A stretch of DNA of 64,000 bases from an uncultured Pseudomonadota bacterium (GTDB taxonomy: Bacteria > Oederibacteriota > Muellerivitia > Muellerivitales > Muellerivitaceae), in contig CAVYRH010000005.1 in assembly GCA_963770835.1 (NCBI GenBank), positions 224,001 to 288,000 on the forward strand, read 5' to 3'. Shown here piece after piece: positions 1-10,405 of the stretch. How positions within the stretch are numbered: the first letter of the stretch is position 1; each line of letters starts with the position of its first letter. The position numbers and the translations under genes were made by a program. Under the pieces are notes generated by a model that did not search any database, was not told the origin of the DNA, and saw only the letters and a program-made list of their open reading frames with translations.

Positions 1-941
1 CACTGGATAACGAACTCGACCAGAGCTTGGAGGAGGTTTTACCACTTTTTTTCAGGCAATATTACGTTGCCGGGCTTTTTATTCCAGATGAGGTTTTGGT
101 TTCCAGGGAGCTGACGCTGGATCCAGACATCGGCAGGAGGATTTCCCAACCCGGGGGGACTCCTATATCCCTGAAAAAGGCGGAAGGAGAATGGCGCCTC
201 AATTTAATGAACATGGCCGAAAAGAACGTTTTAATGGCATTGAAAGAAGATGTTCAACGCGCCCAGATTTTGAAAGAATTACAGGAGTTGCTGGGACTTA
301 AGGTCCTCCCTAGGGGTATTGCGTGTTTTGACATTTCAACCTTGCAGGGCACCTTTACGGTCGGGTCGGCTGTTTTTTTCAAGGATGGGGTCCCCGAAAA
401 AAGCCGTTACCGCAAATTTAAAATAAAGGAAGTTCAAGGTCAGGATGATTTCAGGTCCCACCAGGAAATGATGCGGCGATATATCCGATTGGTGGAAAGG
501 GAAGGGAACCCACTTCCGGATTTGTTTTTGATCGATGGAGGAAAGGGTCAATTGAGCGCAGTTCGGGTGGTTTTAGATAGAGAATTAGGAGAGGTTTACG
601 GATTGGCAGCGTTGGCCAAAAGGGAAGAGGAGGTTTTTGTCCCAGGGCAAACCCATCCAGTTGATTTCAAGGGCCACTTAAAAGCCAGGCATTTGCTTCA
701 GCGGGTGCGGGACGAATCCCACCGTTTTGCCGTTGGATATCATCGGATTATCCGAGACCGGCAAGCGGTAACTTCTATGCTTCAAAAAGTGCGGGGAATT
801 GGCCCTTCGCGGTTACGGGCTTTGTTAAATCGGTTTGAATCGGTGAAAGGCGTCCAAGAGGCTGCTTTGGAGGATCTCACGGCTGTTCCTGGGTTTTCCA
901 AAGAACTTGCCTATCAACTATTTAAAGCCTTAAACCCTTAG
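1..941 (+). CDS. uvrC: Excinuclease ABC subunit C, C-terminal part (truncated at window start)
   Basis: RNase H-like endonuclease motifs FDIS..QG, DDF, PDLFLIDGGKGQL, LQRVRDESHRFA, and C-terminal HhH motifs (VRGIGP, VPGFS). Confidence 0.95.
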   Translation, partial: LDNELDQSLEEVLPLFFRQYYVAGLFIPDEVLVSRELTLDPDIGRRISQPGGTPISLKKAEGEWRLNLMNMAEKNVLMALKEDVQRAQILKELQELLGLKVLPRGIACFDISTLQGTFTVGSAVFFKDGVPEKSRYRKFKIKEVQGQDDFRSHQEMMRRYIRLVEREGNPLPDLFLIDGGKGQLSAVRVVLDRELGEVYGLAALAKREEEVFVPGQTHPVDFKGHLKARHLLQRVRDESHRFAVGYHRIIRDRQAVTSMLQKVRGIGPSRLRALLNRFESVKGVQEAALEDLTAVPGFSKELAYQLFKALNP

Positions 942-1000
942 AGCTAAGTTGTTTTGAAAGCTTTCTTAAAACTCCCTCTTTTCTTCCATGAGTCCTAAGC

Positions 1001-1064
1001 GTCAAAAATTTCACAAAGAACTCACAAGGTGTTATGATTTGACCATAAAGTCAGTAAAATGACA
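1001..1064. promoter_or_regulatory. Three imperfect GTCA-N5/6-TGAC palindromes, candidate enhancer-binding-protein (UAS) sites
   Basis: GTCAaaaattTCAC (1001), GTTAtgattTGAC (1031) and GTCAgtaaaaTGAC (1050), directly upstream of an operon encoding an NtrC-family regulator. Confidence 0.35.
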
Positions 1065-1113
1065 AATTGCTCAAAAAGAAAGATTAAGTTTCCCCAATTT
1101 GTCGTGAGGCGAA

Positions 1114-2988
1114 ATGAAACATAATCCAGTTTTCTTTCGAGGCAGTGTCCTGGCCGAATTGGTCAGTCGTACCCTTTTTGTTGGCATTGTAATTCTTTTT
1201 GTTTACGGTGGTTTTGCCTATTACGTTTCCAAGCGGACCTTTGACGCGGAATTGGGGGACAGGCTGCTGGCCATTGCCCGTCTATCGGCGGGCCAAACTA
1301 AATTCGAATGGCTTCCTTTTTTAAATGGCAAAGGAGAACTTTACGAAAGGTTCCGCGAATTTTTAGATGAAAAAAAGAATGAGAGCCAGGCTCGAAACCT
1401 TTTTATTTTGGATCTGGATGGACGCGTCTTGGTGGATGCCAACGGTCAGTATGAATTTAAAGAAAACAACTGGCTTCGGGATCTGGATTCTGAACCTTTC
1501 TTGATGGCGAAAAAGGGAATCCCCTCTGCTTCCATTCTGTTTCCAGAAAGTGACGGAGGGATTTACAAAATCGGATACGCGCCCATCTACAAGAACAAGA
1601 AAGTCATAGCGATTTTGGGCGTGGAAGCGAGCGCTAAGTTCATCTCAGGTCTCAATCAATTCGCAAAAGTCTTGTTTAGTTTTGGCCTTGTATGCCTCCT
1701 ATTAATGGGTGGTCTTTTATTTGCTTTTGGTCAAAGGTTCATTTCTCCCATTGAAGAAATGGCTAAAGCTGCTCAAAGGGTTGCCGAAGGCGACTTTAGC
1801 CAAAGGATTTTGGTCACATCGGCCAATGAATTAGGAGCACTGGCCCAGGCTTTTAATGAGATGACCCGACGACTCCAAAGCCACAACGAATATATTTTAG
1901 AAAGCATGTCGAATGGATTACTTGTCATTGATTTAAGCGGTAATGTCACCACTTTTAACCAAGCGGCTGCCCAAATACTGGAAATACCCCAAGAGAAAGC
2001 CGTTCACGGGAACTTTGAGAATGTTTTTTCCGAGTATCCCACGTTCTTAAGCGCCATAAAAACGATTCGTTCGGGCCGCCAACAATTGGAAAACAAGGAA
2101 ATCAATCTTTCCGAGGAAGCACCAAAATTTATTCGGATACGGAGCGCACCCTTATTGGGGCCGGACGCTCAAGAGCTTGGGACTGAAGTCCTTTTTACCG
2201 ACGAGACCCAATTGAGGAAATTACAAGCCCAAATCAAAACATCTGAAAAAATGGCCACAATAGGAGAATTGGCAGCGGGTATCGCCCATGAGATCCGGAA
2301 TCCCCTGGGGGCCATGAAAGGATTCACGGAAATACTTCAAAAGAAATTAAAGCGCCAGCCGGAGGAACAAGAAATGGTGGCCGATATTGCCTCGGAAATT
2401 GAGATTTTAAATAAAATTGTAACCAATTTCCTGGTTTTTGCGAAACCGACGTCCGTTGAACCCCAAGAAATCGAGTTATCGGAGGTGGTCCAAGGAATAC
2501 TCCCATTGGTGAAAAAAGAGGCCGAGACCAAGAAAATAAAGGTTGTTTTTAATCCAAAATCAGGCCTTTTAACGCGTGTCGATGTGGAACAATTCCGCAG
2601 AGCCGTCTTGAACTTGGCTTTGAACGCTATTCAAGCCTCTCCCCCGGGTCGTGCCATCACCATTGGAATACAAGGTTTTTCAAGAACAGAGCTTCTCCGT
2701 TTTTTGAAGGAAAAGGGCCTTGAAGAATTGTTCCCTGTTGAAACCGAACCACAATGGGCTTCACTTTGGGTGTCGGATGAAGGCTCAGGCATTGCTCCGG
2801 AAAATATGAAAAGATTGTTTACGCCTTTTTTTACAACCAAAACAGAAGGCTTCGGGCTTGGCTTGTCGATCACGAAAAAAATCGTGGAATCCTTGGAAGG
2901 AAACGTGGCGGCCGCGAACCGCAAGGAGGGTGGGGCCATGTTTTTGATCTTATTACCCGCTGTGGAGAAAAAAAAGGAGGCTGCTTAA
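1114..2988 (+). CDS. Membrane sensor histidine kinase (HAMP-PAS-HisKA-HATPase)
   Basis: Two TM segments, HAMP (ELGALAQAFNEM), PAS, H-box AAGIAHEIRNPL, N-box NLALNAIQA, G-boxes DEGSGI, FFTTK and GLGL. Confidence 0.93.
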   Translation: MKHNPVFFRGSVLAELVSRTLFVGIVILFVYGGFAYYVSKRTFDAELGDRLLAIARLSAGQTKFEWLPFLNGKGELYERFREFLDEKKNESQARNLFILDLDGRVLVDANGQYEFKENNWLRDLDSEPFLMAKKGIPSASILFPESDGGIYKIGYAPIYKNKKVIAILGVEASAKFISGLNQFAKVLFSFGLVCLLLMGGLLFAFGQRFISPIEEMAKAAQRVAEGDFSQRILVTSANELGALAQAFNEMTRRLQSHNEYILESMSNGLLVIDLSGNVTTFNQAAAQILEIPQEKAVHGNFENVFSEYPTFLSAIKTIRSGRQQLENKEINLSEEAPKFIRIRSAPLLGPDAQELGTEVLFTDETQLRKLQAQIKTSEKMATIGELAAGIAHEIRNPLGAMKGFTEILQKKLKRQPEEQEMVADIASEIEILNKIVTNFLVFAKPTSVEPQEIELSEVVQGILPLVKKEAETKKIKVVFNPKSGLLTRVDVEQFRRAVLNLALNAIQASPPGRAITIGIQGFSRTELLRFLKEKGLEELFPVETEPQWASLWVSDEGSGIAPENMKRLFTPFFTTKTEGFGLGLSITKKIVESLEGNVAAANRKEGGAMFLILLPAVEKKKEAA

Positions 2989-4379
2989 TGAGTACAATAT
3001 TGCTGGTCGACGATAAATCTAGTATGCGTAAGGTACTGAAACAAACACTCGAAAGCGAACAAAAAACAATTTTGGAGGCGGAAGATGGGGAAAAAGCCCT
3101 GGAAATCATCAAGGCCAAACACGTGGACGTCGTATTAACCGACATCAAAATGCCAAAACTCGATGGAATGACGCTTCTCAAGATGATCAAGGAATTGGAT
3201 TCGGAAATCGTGGTCATCATTATGACGGCCTATGGAACAATTGAAACTGCCGTGGAGGCTATGAAATTGGGGGCTTATGATTACATTACAAAACCGTTTT
3301 CCACTGAACAAGTTAAGTTGACCGTCGAAAAAGCCATTGAGCGCCAAAAACTACTTTATGAGAATAAGTACCTCCGCGAAAAGTTGAATGACCAATACAA
3401 TTATAAACGTATTGTTGGTAACAGTCCGGCTATGCAGCCAGTTTATGAGCTCATCGAGAAAGTGGCTCCGACCGATACGGCCGTGCTCATCCGCGGGGAA
3501 TCGGGGACCGGAAAAGAGCTTGTCGCCCACGCCATTCATTTCAACAGTCGCCGGAAAGAAAAACCTTTCATCAAGGTTAATTGCGCGGTTTTGGCCGAGG
3601 GTGTTCTGGAAAGCGAGCTTTTTGGTCACGAAAAAGGATCTTTTACTGGGGCGGCGGGGAAACGGATCGGCCGTTTCGAGCTGGCGAACAGCGGCTCTTT
3701 ATTCCTGGATGAAATCGGCGATATCAGTCCTGCCACGCAGGTAAAACTCCTACGGGTGTTGCAGGAAAAGGAGTTTGAGAGGGTGGGCGGAACTGAATGT
3801 ATCCATTCGGATGTTCGCGTTATTGCAGCCACGAATAAAAATCTGGAAGAAGCTATTAAGAAGGGACAATTCCGTGAAGATTTGTTCTTCCGTTTGAACG
3901 TTGTTCCCATTCAGGTTCCGCCTCTTCGGGAGCGTCGGGAGGATATTGAAAGATTGGCGGCGCATTTTTTGAACCGGTACAGCCTAGAGGCCAATAAAAA
4001 AATATCCAAAATCGATAAAAAGGCCGCTGACCTTATGACCCGTTACAATTGGCCGGGGAATGTTCGAGAACTCGAAAACGCCATCCAAAGGGCTGTTGTT
4101 TTGGCCGATGCCGATACAATTTATCCATCCAACCTTCCCCTTGATATCCAGACTTTCCAAAAAGACGAATATCTTCATTACTTGAAGGAAGATGCGAGTC
4201 TTACCGAAAAAGTTGAAAATTATGAAAAAGAATTGATCTTAAAGGCTATGGAAAAAGCCGATCGGGTCCAGACCAAAGCCGCAAAGTTACTCGATATCAA
4301 CCGAACGGCACTCATTTATAAGTTAAAAAAATATGGGCTTTTAAGCGAAGCGGTTGAAGGGAACGGCCAGCCGGAATGA
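2988..4379 (+). CDS. Sigma54-dependent response regulator (NtrC/AtoC/ZraR family)
   Basis: REC domain (LLVDD, DIKMP), Walker A GESGTGKE, GAFTGA-like GSFTGA, LFLDEIG, WPGNVRELEN, C-terminal Fis-type HTH. Confidence 0.95.
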   Translation: MSTILLVDDKSSMRKVLKQTLESEQKTILEAEDGEKALEIIKAKHVDVVLTDIKMPKLDGMTLLKMIKELDSEIVVIIMTAYGTIETAVEAMKLGAYDYITKPFSTEQVKLTVEKAIERQKLLYENKYLREKLNDQYNYKRIVGNSPAMQPVYELIEKVAPTDTAVLIRGESGTGKELVAHAIHFNSRRKEKPFIKVNCAVLAEGVLESELFGHEKGSFTGAAGKRIGRFELANSGSLFLDEIGDISPATQVKLLRVLQEKEFERVGGTECIHSDVRVIAATNKNLEEAIKKGQFREDLFFRLNVVPIQVPPLRERREDIERLAAHFLNRYSLEANKKISKIDKKAADLMTRYNWPGNVRELENAIQRAVVLADADTIYPSNLPLDIQTFQKDEYLHYLKEDASLTEKVENYEKELILKAMEKADRVQTKAAKLLDINRTALIYKLKKYGLLSEAVEGNGQPE

Positions 4380-5353
4380 AAAAGACTTGTGTCGTTCTTT
4401 TGCTGGGAACAGTTTTGCTGGGTTTTACACCCGTGTGGCCGCAAAAGACTGTGCCCGAATCTTCGGATTCAATTGGCAATTTGAATGATTTGCAGTGGAA
4501 GACCATCGCATCTCAATTCGAGGAATCGGTTTCTTCAATTTCCAAGTGGCTAGATAGCTGCCAAGCGGAAATGAAAAGCCTCCAAAATGATATTGGAAAA
4601 CTAGAGAAGAAAATCGCCCGTTTGCGTGAAGAAAACCGAAACGGGTCAGGGGTTATCGATGAATTCCGCCTAAAGGGGTTATTGAATGAATTGAGGGATA
4701 AACTGGAAAAGAATTCGGATTTGCAGCATCAATGGGATGAAAAGCAAAAAGAGTTCGAACAAAAGGCGATGTCACTGATCTCTCTCTACAACAGTCGGAT
4801 CGATAACGACCTGCAAGGAGCTGATCTTTCTTCCCAACCCTCCCAGCTCAATCTCACTCTGAACGAATTGGTGTTATTGATCCAAAAACGGAATCAAACC
4901 CTGGCTTTGCTAAAACGATATCCAAATAACGCCGTAGGCGAAAATCCCCTTCCGATCACAACCGTTGGGGCCCTCAAATTCGACGACCGGGAAGGCCTTC
5001 TCTTAACCTTGGATTTGATACGGGACCGAAAAAAAAGCCTGGAAGACCAGTTGGAAAAGTGGTCCATTGAGACGGATGAGGCGAAAAATGAGTTGAAGCT
5101 CCAAGGAAAAATGCGGGAATTTTTGGACGATGTTCAAAGGATGAATGAAGATTCCAGCTTTCCCCACGGCAGTTTAAAACGTAGTGATTTGGGGGATGTG
5201 GCAGGTGATAAAGAACGCAAAAGATTGCAATCTCGATTGGACAATCTTCAACAGATGACGGACCACAGTCGGGCAACGTTGACCCAACTCGATCAAATCA
5301 TGCAAAAAGTCCAAAATCACCTGAGCGCTTTAGACGAGAGGAAAGACAAATGA
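4376..5353 (+). CDS. Hypothetical secreted coiled-coil protein
   Basis: N-terminal signal peptide, heptad-rich helical sequence, ATGA overlaps with both neighbours. Confidence 0.75.
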   Translation: MKKTCVVLLLGTVLLGFTPVWPQKTVPESSDSIGNLNDLQWKTIASQFEESVSSISKWLDSCQAEMKSLQNDIGKLEKKIARLREENRNGSGVIDEFRLKGLLNELRDKLEKNSDLQHQWDEKQKEFEQKAMSLISLYNSRIDNDLQGADLSSQPSQLNLTLNELVLLIQKRNQTLALLKRYPNNAVGENPLPITTVGALKFDDREGLLLTLDLIRDRKKSLEDQLEKWSIETDEAKNELKLQGKMREFLDDVQRMNEDSSFPHGSLKRSDLGDVAGDKERKRLQSRLDNLQQMTDHSRATLTQLDQIMQKVQNHLSALDERKDK

Positions 5354-6432
5354 AGAAAAAATGGCTATTACTATTTGCCCTTTTTGGCATTCTTCCAATA
5401 CTTGGATTTTCACAAGAAACGAAAAATCTTTCTGACGTTAAGTTTGCGGCTGATTTGATTCCCCTCGAATTTGGCTTTCAATTTGGCGACAACGTATTCC
5501 AATCACCCGACCTTGGCGGAAGATTATCGGATGAAATTTATGTCTTAAACGGTGGGGCCCATGTGGGTTCGTCTTTTGGTATTCTCAAAGGCGATTTGGA
5601 TTATCACTTAGGCGCCGATCAATACCAGTTTTATTCGATCTTGAACAACATTAAGAACCGATTTGATCTTTTGTTGGCGGCGGAACCAGGGGATTTTATT
5701 TTTTATTACAAGAAAGAGTATTTCGTTCGGGACAGCCAATATGAGCAGTTTAATTACTGGGATGACGACAATCTATTTGGCGCCCAGTGGAACCCATCCG
5801 GCCCGTGGAGCTATGAAGTTAAGGGGAAGAACTTCTCGCGTCAATATTACGGAACCGATTCGGCGATTCAGGCGGAGAATTTTATCGATCAAGGGGTTTT
5901 GGCAGGAATTGGGAGGGAAATCGATGAAAGAGTATCGGTGAAGTTAGAAGGAAGTTATAACAATCGGCAGTTCAACAGATGGGCGGTTACCGAAAACGCC
6001 GCCATTCCCGGAACCATTCAAACGGATGAAACCTGGTCCCTGCTTTTAAACGCCCACCTCTATTTTGAAAATATCCTCCAGGACGTGAATTTCGAGCAAC
6101 AACGGACAAACTCTAACAGTTATGGTTTTTCCAATACGGTTCAAAGCGTTTCCTGGGCCGCGGTTGTCCGCCCTTCGCCGTCGATTTATCTTCAACTGCT
6201 ATTCAGACTTTTTTCCAAGACCTATGATGTCCAACCCCTGGTAAATTCCGATCTCCATATTGGATTTATTGACGAGGACAGTCAAGACTTGCTCTCTCTC
6301 AAAGCAACATGGGAATGGGCACCCCAGTGGTCAGCCAGCCTCAGTGGAAGCCGGTTTAGAAACGAATACATTCAACCTGGGCAATATTATATCGAAAACC
6401 TTTTGACAGCAACGGTGCAACGGAACTTTTGA
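5350..6432 (+). CDS. Hypothetical outer-membrane beta-barrel protein
   Basis: Signal peptide, alternating aromatic/polar beta-strand pattern, C-terminal Phe (ATVQRNF). Confidence 0.7.
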   Translation: MKKKWLLLFALFGILPILGFSQETKNLSDVKFAADLIPLEFGFQFGDNVFQSPDLGGRLSDEIYVLNGGAHVGSSFGILKGDLDYHLGADQYQFYSILNNIKNRFDLLLAAEPGDFIFYYKKEYFVRDSQYEQFNYWDDDNLFGAQWNPSGPWSYEVKGKNFSRQYYGTDSAIQAENFIDQGVLAGIGREIDERVSVKLEGSYNNRQFNRWAVTENAAIPGTIQTDETWSLLLNAHLYFENILQDVNFEQQRTNSNSYGFSNTVQSVSWAAVVRPSPSIYLQLLFRLFSKTYDVQPLVNSDLHIGFIDEDSQDLLSLKATWEWAPQWSASLSGSRFRNEYIQPGQYYIENLLTATVQRNF

Positions 6433-6483
6433 AAAGTGTTTTGATATCTTTTAGATGTTGTTGCTTATTCGAAGTTGGGTTCG

Positions 6484-6513
6484 TTGACAAGTTTCCGCCG
6501 GGCTTTATATGAT
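6484..6513 (+). promoter_or_regulatory. Sigma70-type promoter
   Basis: TTGACA-N18-TATGAT upstream of the ORF at 6542. Confidence 0.65.
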
Positions 6514-6541
6514 GATCGGTAAGAAATAAGAAGGCGAGTTC

Positions 6542-7465
6542 ATGCGAAAGCCGGATGACGATTTAAAGATAGATATCGCGGATCTTTTCGGCGGGGACCT
6601 TTCTGGCCCTTCGGAAAAGCTGGACGAAGCTTCCGCGCTTATGGACTCACCGGCGGGATTTCCCGCTCAAACGCTTTCCTCTCCCGAAGCCGATAACCAT
6701 TTCAAGGAATGGATGAACAGCCGCAACGTTGAATTGGAAGCCAAAAGCCAGGAGCTAGAAAAAAAGTTTCTGGAAACTTCCGCTGCGGAAATGGTACCTG
6801 CCGAAAAATTTTCGGGTTCTGAAATTTTGACAGCTTCATCTGATGCTGAGAACTCCACTAACTCGGCCTCCACTTCCCCAATTGATTTTAACGCACCAAT
6901 TGCGCCCCCTTTCATGGGGATGGCCCTCCCCTCCCCCCCTCCCCCGGAAACCGAACCTTCGATTCCGGCGGAGGCTCCTGTAGCGGCCCTTAACACGGAA
7001 GAATTAAAAAAGCTCCAGGGTGAATATGAGTTTTTAATGCTTTATGATGAGTTTCGAAACATCATTCTTTTCGAGTTAAAAGACTTAGTGGGGGAAAGAA
7101 AAACTTATACCATGTTGGGCCGGACTGTGGAATTGGCGCGAGAAAAATTTCCAGAGATTTTCCGAAACGCAAACTGGGACTCTGCCGGCAACTTGCTTGA
7201 AGACGGTTCGGTGGATAGCCAGCGTCTCATTGAGAATAAAAATACCTTGAACTTCCAGAAGGCCGATGAGGTCCTGGACGCGGCCCTGGCGGTCTTGTTG
7301 AAACTTCGCCTCCAAGCGGTGGAAAAAGGACTTGGGCCCGGCTTAAAAAATAAAGTTCGCGCTCATCTCTACCAATGGATTAGCGAAAAAACACAAAAAG
7401 CGGTCCAAGACGGCAAAAATGCCGTGAACCTGAAAAGGTTGAGTGGATATGTGGCATCGACTTAG
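6542..7465 (+). CDS. Hypothetical protein with acidic/Pro-rich disordered N-half and helical C-terminal domain
   Basis: 307 aa ORF with its own promoter; no recognisable motif. Confidence 0.75.
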   Translation: MRKPDDDLKIDIADLFGGDLSGPSEKLDEASALMDSPAGFPAQTLSSPEADNHFKEWMNSRNVELEAKSQELEKKFLETSAAEMVPAEKFSGSEILTASSDAENSTNSASTSPIDFNAPIAPPFMGMALPSPPPPETEPSIPAEAPVAALNTEELKKLQGEYEFLMLYDEFRNIILFELKDLVGERKTYTMLGRTVELAREKFPEIFRNANWDSAGNLLEDGSVDSQRLIENKNTLNFQKADEVLDAALAVLLKLRLQAVEKGLGPGLKNKVRAHLYQWISEKTQKAVQDGKNAVNLKRLSGYVAST

Positions 7466-7606
7466 GCGACAAGTTGACATGGCGAATAGAGAAAGATAAA
7501 ATCCCTTTGACTTGAAATTGAAATTACCTATGGAATTCTTTGGAACCCCGTCTGCCATAAGCGCAAGATGGGGTTTTTTCTTTCCTAATCATGGGATCAA
7601 GAGGGT

Positions 7607-8308
7607 TTGATGACCGGCAAAATAAGACCTATACAATTTATTCGATCCTACACCCAGTATGCGGAAGGATCGGTATTGGTATCGATGGGTCAAACGAAAG
7701 TTTTGTGCAACGCTTCGGTTTCAGAAGAAGTTCCACCTTTTTTGCGGGGAAAAGGAAAAGGATGGGTTACCGCCGAGTATTCCATGCTTCCTCGAAGCAC
7801 GGCGGAACGTAGTCCCCGCGATTCGGTAAAAGGGAGAATCAATGGGCGGACCCACGAAATACAACGTTTAATTGGAAGATCTCTCCGGTCCGTTGTGGAT
7901 TTAGAAGCCTTGGGGGAGCGGCAAATCGTTCTGGATTGTGATGTCCTACAAGCCGACGGTGGAACTCGAACGGCTTCCATTAACGGAGCTTATGTGGCTT
8001 TGGTGGATGCCTTGGGAAGCTTGGGGAAAAAGAAACAACTAAGCCGAAAACCAATTCGAGAACCCATTGCAGCAGTCAGCGTTGGCATTGTCAAAGGCAA
8101 ATCGATCCTCGATTTATGTTATGAGGAAGACTCACAAGCGGATGTCGATTTCAATGTGGTCATGACTGCCTCAGGAAAGTTTGTTGAAATCCAGGGAACC
8201 GCTGAAAAGGAACCATTCAGTAAGCAACAACTGGAGGAACTTTTGAAGCTTGCCGAAAGAGGTATTTATCAAGTGATCCAAGCTCAATCACGGGCGCTTC
8301 ACAAATGA
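7607..8308 (+). CDS. rph: Ribonuclease PH
   Basis: [52 protein letters not shown]. Confidence 0.97.
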   Translation: MMTGKIRPIQFIRSYTQYAEGSVLVSMGQTKVLCNASVSEEVPPFLRGKGKGWVTAEYSMLPRSTAERSPRDSVKGRINGRTHEIQRLIGRSLRSVVDLEALGERQIVLDCDVLQADGGTRTASINGAYVALVDALGSLGKKKQLSRKPIREPIAAVSVGIVKGKSILDLCYEEDSQADVDFNVVMTASGKFVEIQGTAEKEPFSKQQLEELLKLAERGIYQVIQAQSRALHK

Positions 8309-8904
8309 AGAAGTTGGTTATTGCAACTCAAAACCGAAATAAGTTTAAAGAAATGAAGGAAGCTTTGACTGGAATCCCCTGGGATATCCTACCCGCTTTT
8401 GATTTTCCCAACGTTCCGGATGTTTTAGAAGATGGGCTGACATTGGAAGAGAATTCACTGAAAAAGGCGAGGGAGATCGCTCTTTTTACGGGCTTGACTT
8501 CTTTAGCGGATGATACGGGCTTGTTCGTGGAAGCCTTGGGCGGCCAGCCCGGGATTTATGCGGCGCGATTCGCTGGTGAGAATTGCACTTATGAGGATAA
8601 TGTAAAAAAATTATTGAAACTTCTTGTGAGCACACCGGATGATCGTAGGAATGCGTACTTTAAAACTGTTATTACTCTTTTTTCTCCCAACGATTCTTTT
8701 GACCAGGTGATTGGCGAAGTTGAAGGGTCCATTATCCGTGAACCGAGAGGGAATAGTGGATTCGGTTACGATCCCATATTTTTACCTTCGGGGTACTATA
8801 AAGTCTTTGCGGAAATGTCTTTAGAAGAAAAAAATTGGATTAGCCACCGAGGTAAAGCGGCTCAAAAGGCAAAAGAATTATTAGAGCACAAAAAAGGTGT
8901 TTAA
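8305..8904 (+). CDS. rdgB: Non-canonical purine NTP pyrophosphatase (RdgB/HAM1)
   Basis: [29 protein letters not shown]; usual position after rph. Confidence 0.95.
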   Translation: MKKLVIATQNRNKFKEMKEALTGIPWDILPAFDFPNVPDVLEDGLTLEENSLKKAREIALFTGLTSLADDTGLFVEALGGQPGIYAARFAGENCTYEDNVKKLLKLLVSTPDDRRNAYFKTVITLFSPNDSFDQVIGEVEGSIIREPRGNSGFGYDPIFLPSGYYKVFAEMSLEEKNWISHRGKAAQKAKELLEHKKGV

Positions 8905-9048
8905 ATTTTATCTCAATATTAAATTGCCGAGGCCTGGTGGAGAGAATAGTTGTAAACGTACGAATTTAATTGAGGATTTGCTCGATTAGCTTTGCCGGCG
9001 CTGTGGTATTGGGTTTAGGTGGGTGACACAAAAGTCTGATTTTCAGGC

Positions 9049-9123
<75 letters not shown>

Positions 9124-9197
9124 GAAAACCAGTCAAAATCTAAATTTTGGAAAATTTCTCCTCATCTTCTCTAGTCAATTTCAATTTTGTTTCTGAT

Positions 9198-9274
<77 letters not shown>

Positions 9275-9289
9275 TATTTTTCAACGGTT

Positions 9290-10405
9290 CTACAACTTCG
9301 CTTCTTGGCTGGTGCCCGCCCGTGTCATATCCGTGTCAAACTGCCGCTCAACCTGCTTCAGCGCGTTCACCCGGTCTTTCCGGTCAATCCGGTTATACCG
9401 TTTGAACATCGCGTAGGTCTTATGGCCCGATATGGACATGATGACCGAATCGCTTACCCCCGCTTTTCTAAGATTCGTAACCGCGCAATGCCTGAGATCG
9501 TGGAACTTGAAATTTCCGATCCCTACCATGCGGCACGCCCTCAAAAAAGCTGTCTTGACGCTCCGGATGCGCTTTCCCCTATGGGTGAAGATATAAGGGC
9601 TTCCCAGGGTCTTAGGCGTCCGTTTCAAGAGGTCTAACAAGCCCTCCGTCAACGGGACTTCCCGTTTCTCCTGGGTCTTGGTGTCCGCGGCTTCCAGGTT
9701 GACCACCTTGTTTTGGAAGTCCACCTGATCCCAACGCAACCCCAAAATTTCCCCTTTCCTCATGCCGGTCCAATAAGCCAATTGGACTATGACACTTAGG
9801 CGGGGGGCGCAATGGGGCAAAAGCGCCTCGTATTCCTCCGGCGTCAAGGTGCGGTCGCGGGATTCTTCCCGGAAAGGCCTTACCCTCTGGATCGGGTTTT
9901 TCTCAACCAAGTCGTTGAGGACCGCCCGATTCACGATTGACTTGAGAGTCCCAAGGTCCCGGTTGAGGGTGCAGTTAGTCAGCACCTTCCCGCTACGGCC
10001 TTGATTCGTGGATTGGTTTCCAGCCTTCCTCCGTTGGGTTAAAAAGCCCTCAACTATGTCCGGCGTTAAGCTCCTCAAAGGCCTGCTACCAAAATAAGCC
10101 TTGAGCCGCTCGACTATCTGAGAATCGTTCTTGTGGCTTTTCCTTCTTGCTTCGGAATAGGCCAGGAACGAATCCGCCGCCTCGTTGAAGGTGACCTCCG
10201 GTTTTTCCACAGCCAGAAACTTTCCTGCCACAATTTCTTGCGTGTGTTGGGCTAGTATCTTCTTGGCCTGGGTTACCGGTATTTCTCCCAATCGGACCCG
10301 CTTGCGTTTCCTCAATCCTCCTTCCTGGATGAAATAATCCAAAAAATACCCTTTTTCATCCTTGCGGAGAAATTGGGGCAATCCATGAACATTAGGTCTA
10401 CTCAT
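9290..10405 (-). CDS. Tyrosine recombinase / site-specific integrase
   Basis: Catalytic R (TGMRKGE), K (KTQ), HxxR (FHDLRH), H (SGHKT), Y (KRYN); basic N-terminal arm-binding-like domain; AGGAGG RBS. Confidence 0.96.
   Translation of the reverse strand: MSRPNVHGLPQFLRKDEKGYFLDYFIQEGGLRKRKRVRLGEIPVTQAKKILAQHTQEIVAGKFLAVEKPEVTFNEAADSFLAYSEARRKSHKNDSQIVERLKAYFGSRPLRSLTPDIVEGFLTQRRKAGNQSTNQGRSGKVLTNCTLNRDLGTLKSIVNRAVLNDLVEKNPIQRVRPFREESRDRTLTPEEYEALLPHCAPRLSVIVQLAYWTGMRKGEILGLRWDQVDFQNKVVNLEAADTKTQEKREVPLTEGLLDLLKRTPKTLGSPYIFTHRGKRIRSVKTAFLRACRMVGIGNFKFHDLRHCAVTNLRKAGVSDSVIMSISGHKTYAMFKRYNRIDRKDRVNALKQVERQFDTDMTRAGTSQEAKL
9322..9342 (+). repeat. Putative arm-type integrase sites GTGTCATATMCGTGTCAAACT
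   Basis: Same 21-mer (tandem GTGTCA, 11 bp apart) at 9322 and 13512 in element 1 and at 17415 and 22136 in element 2. Confidence 0.75.
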
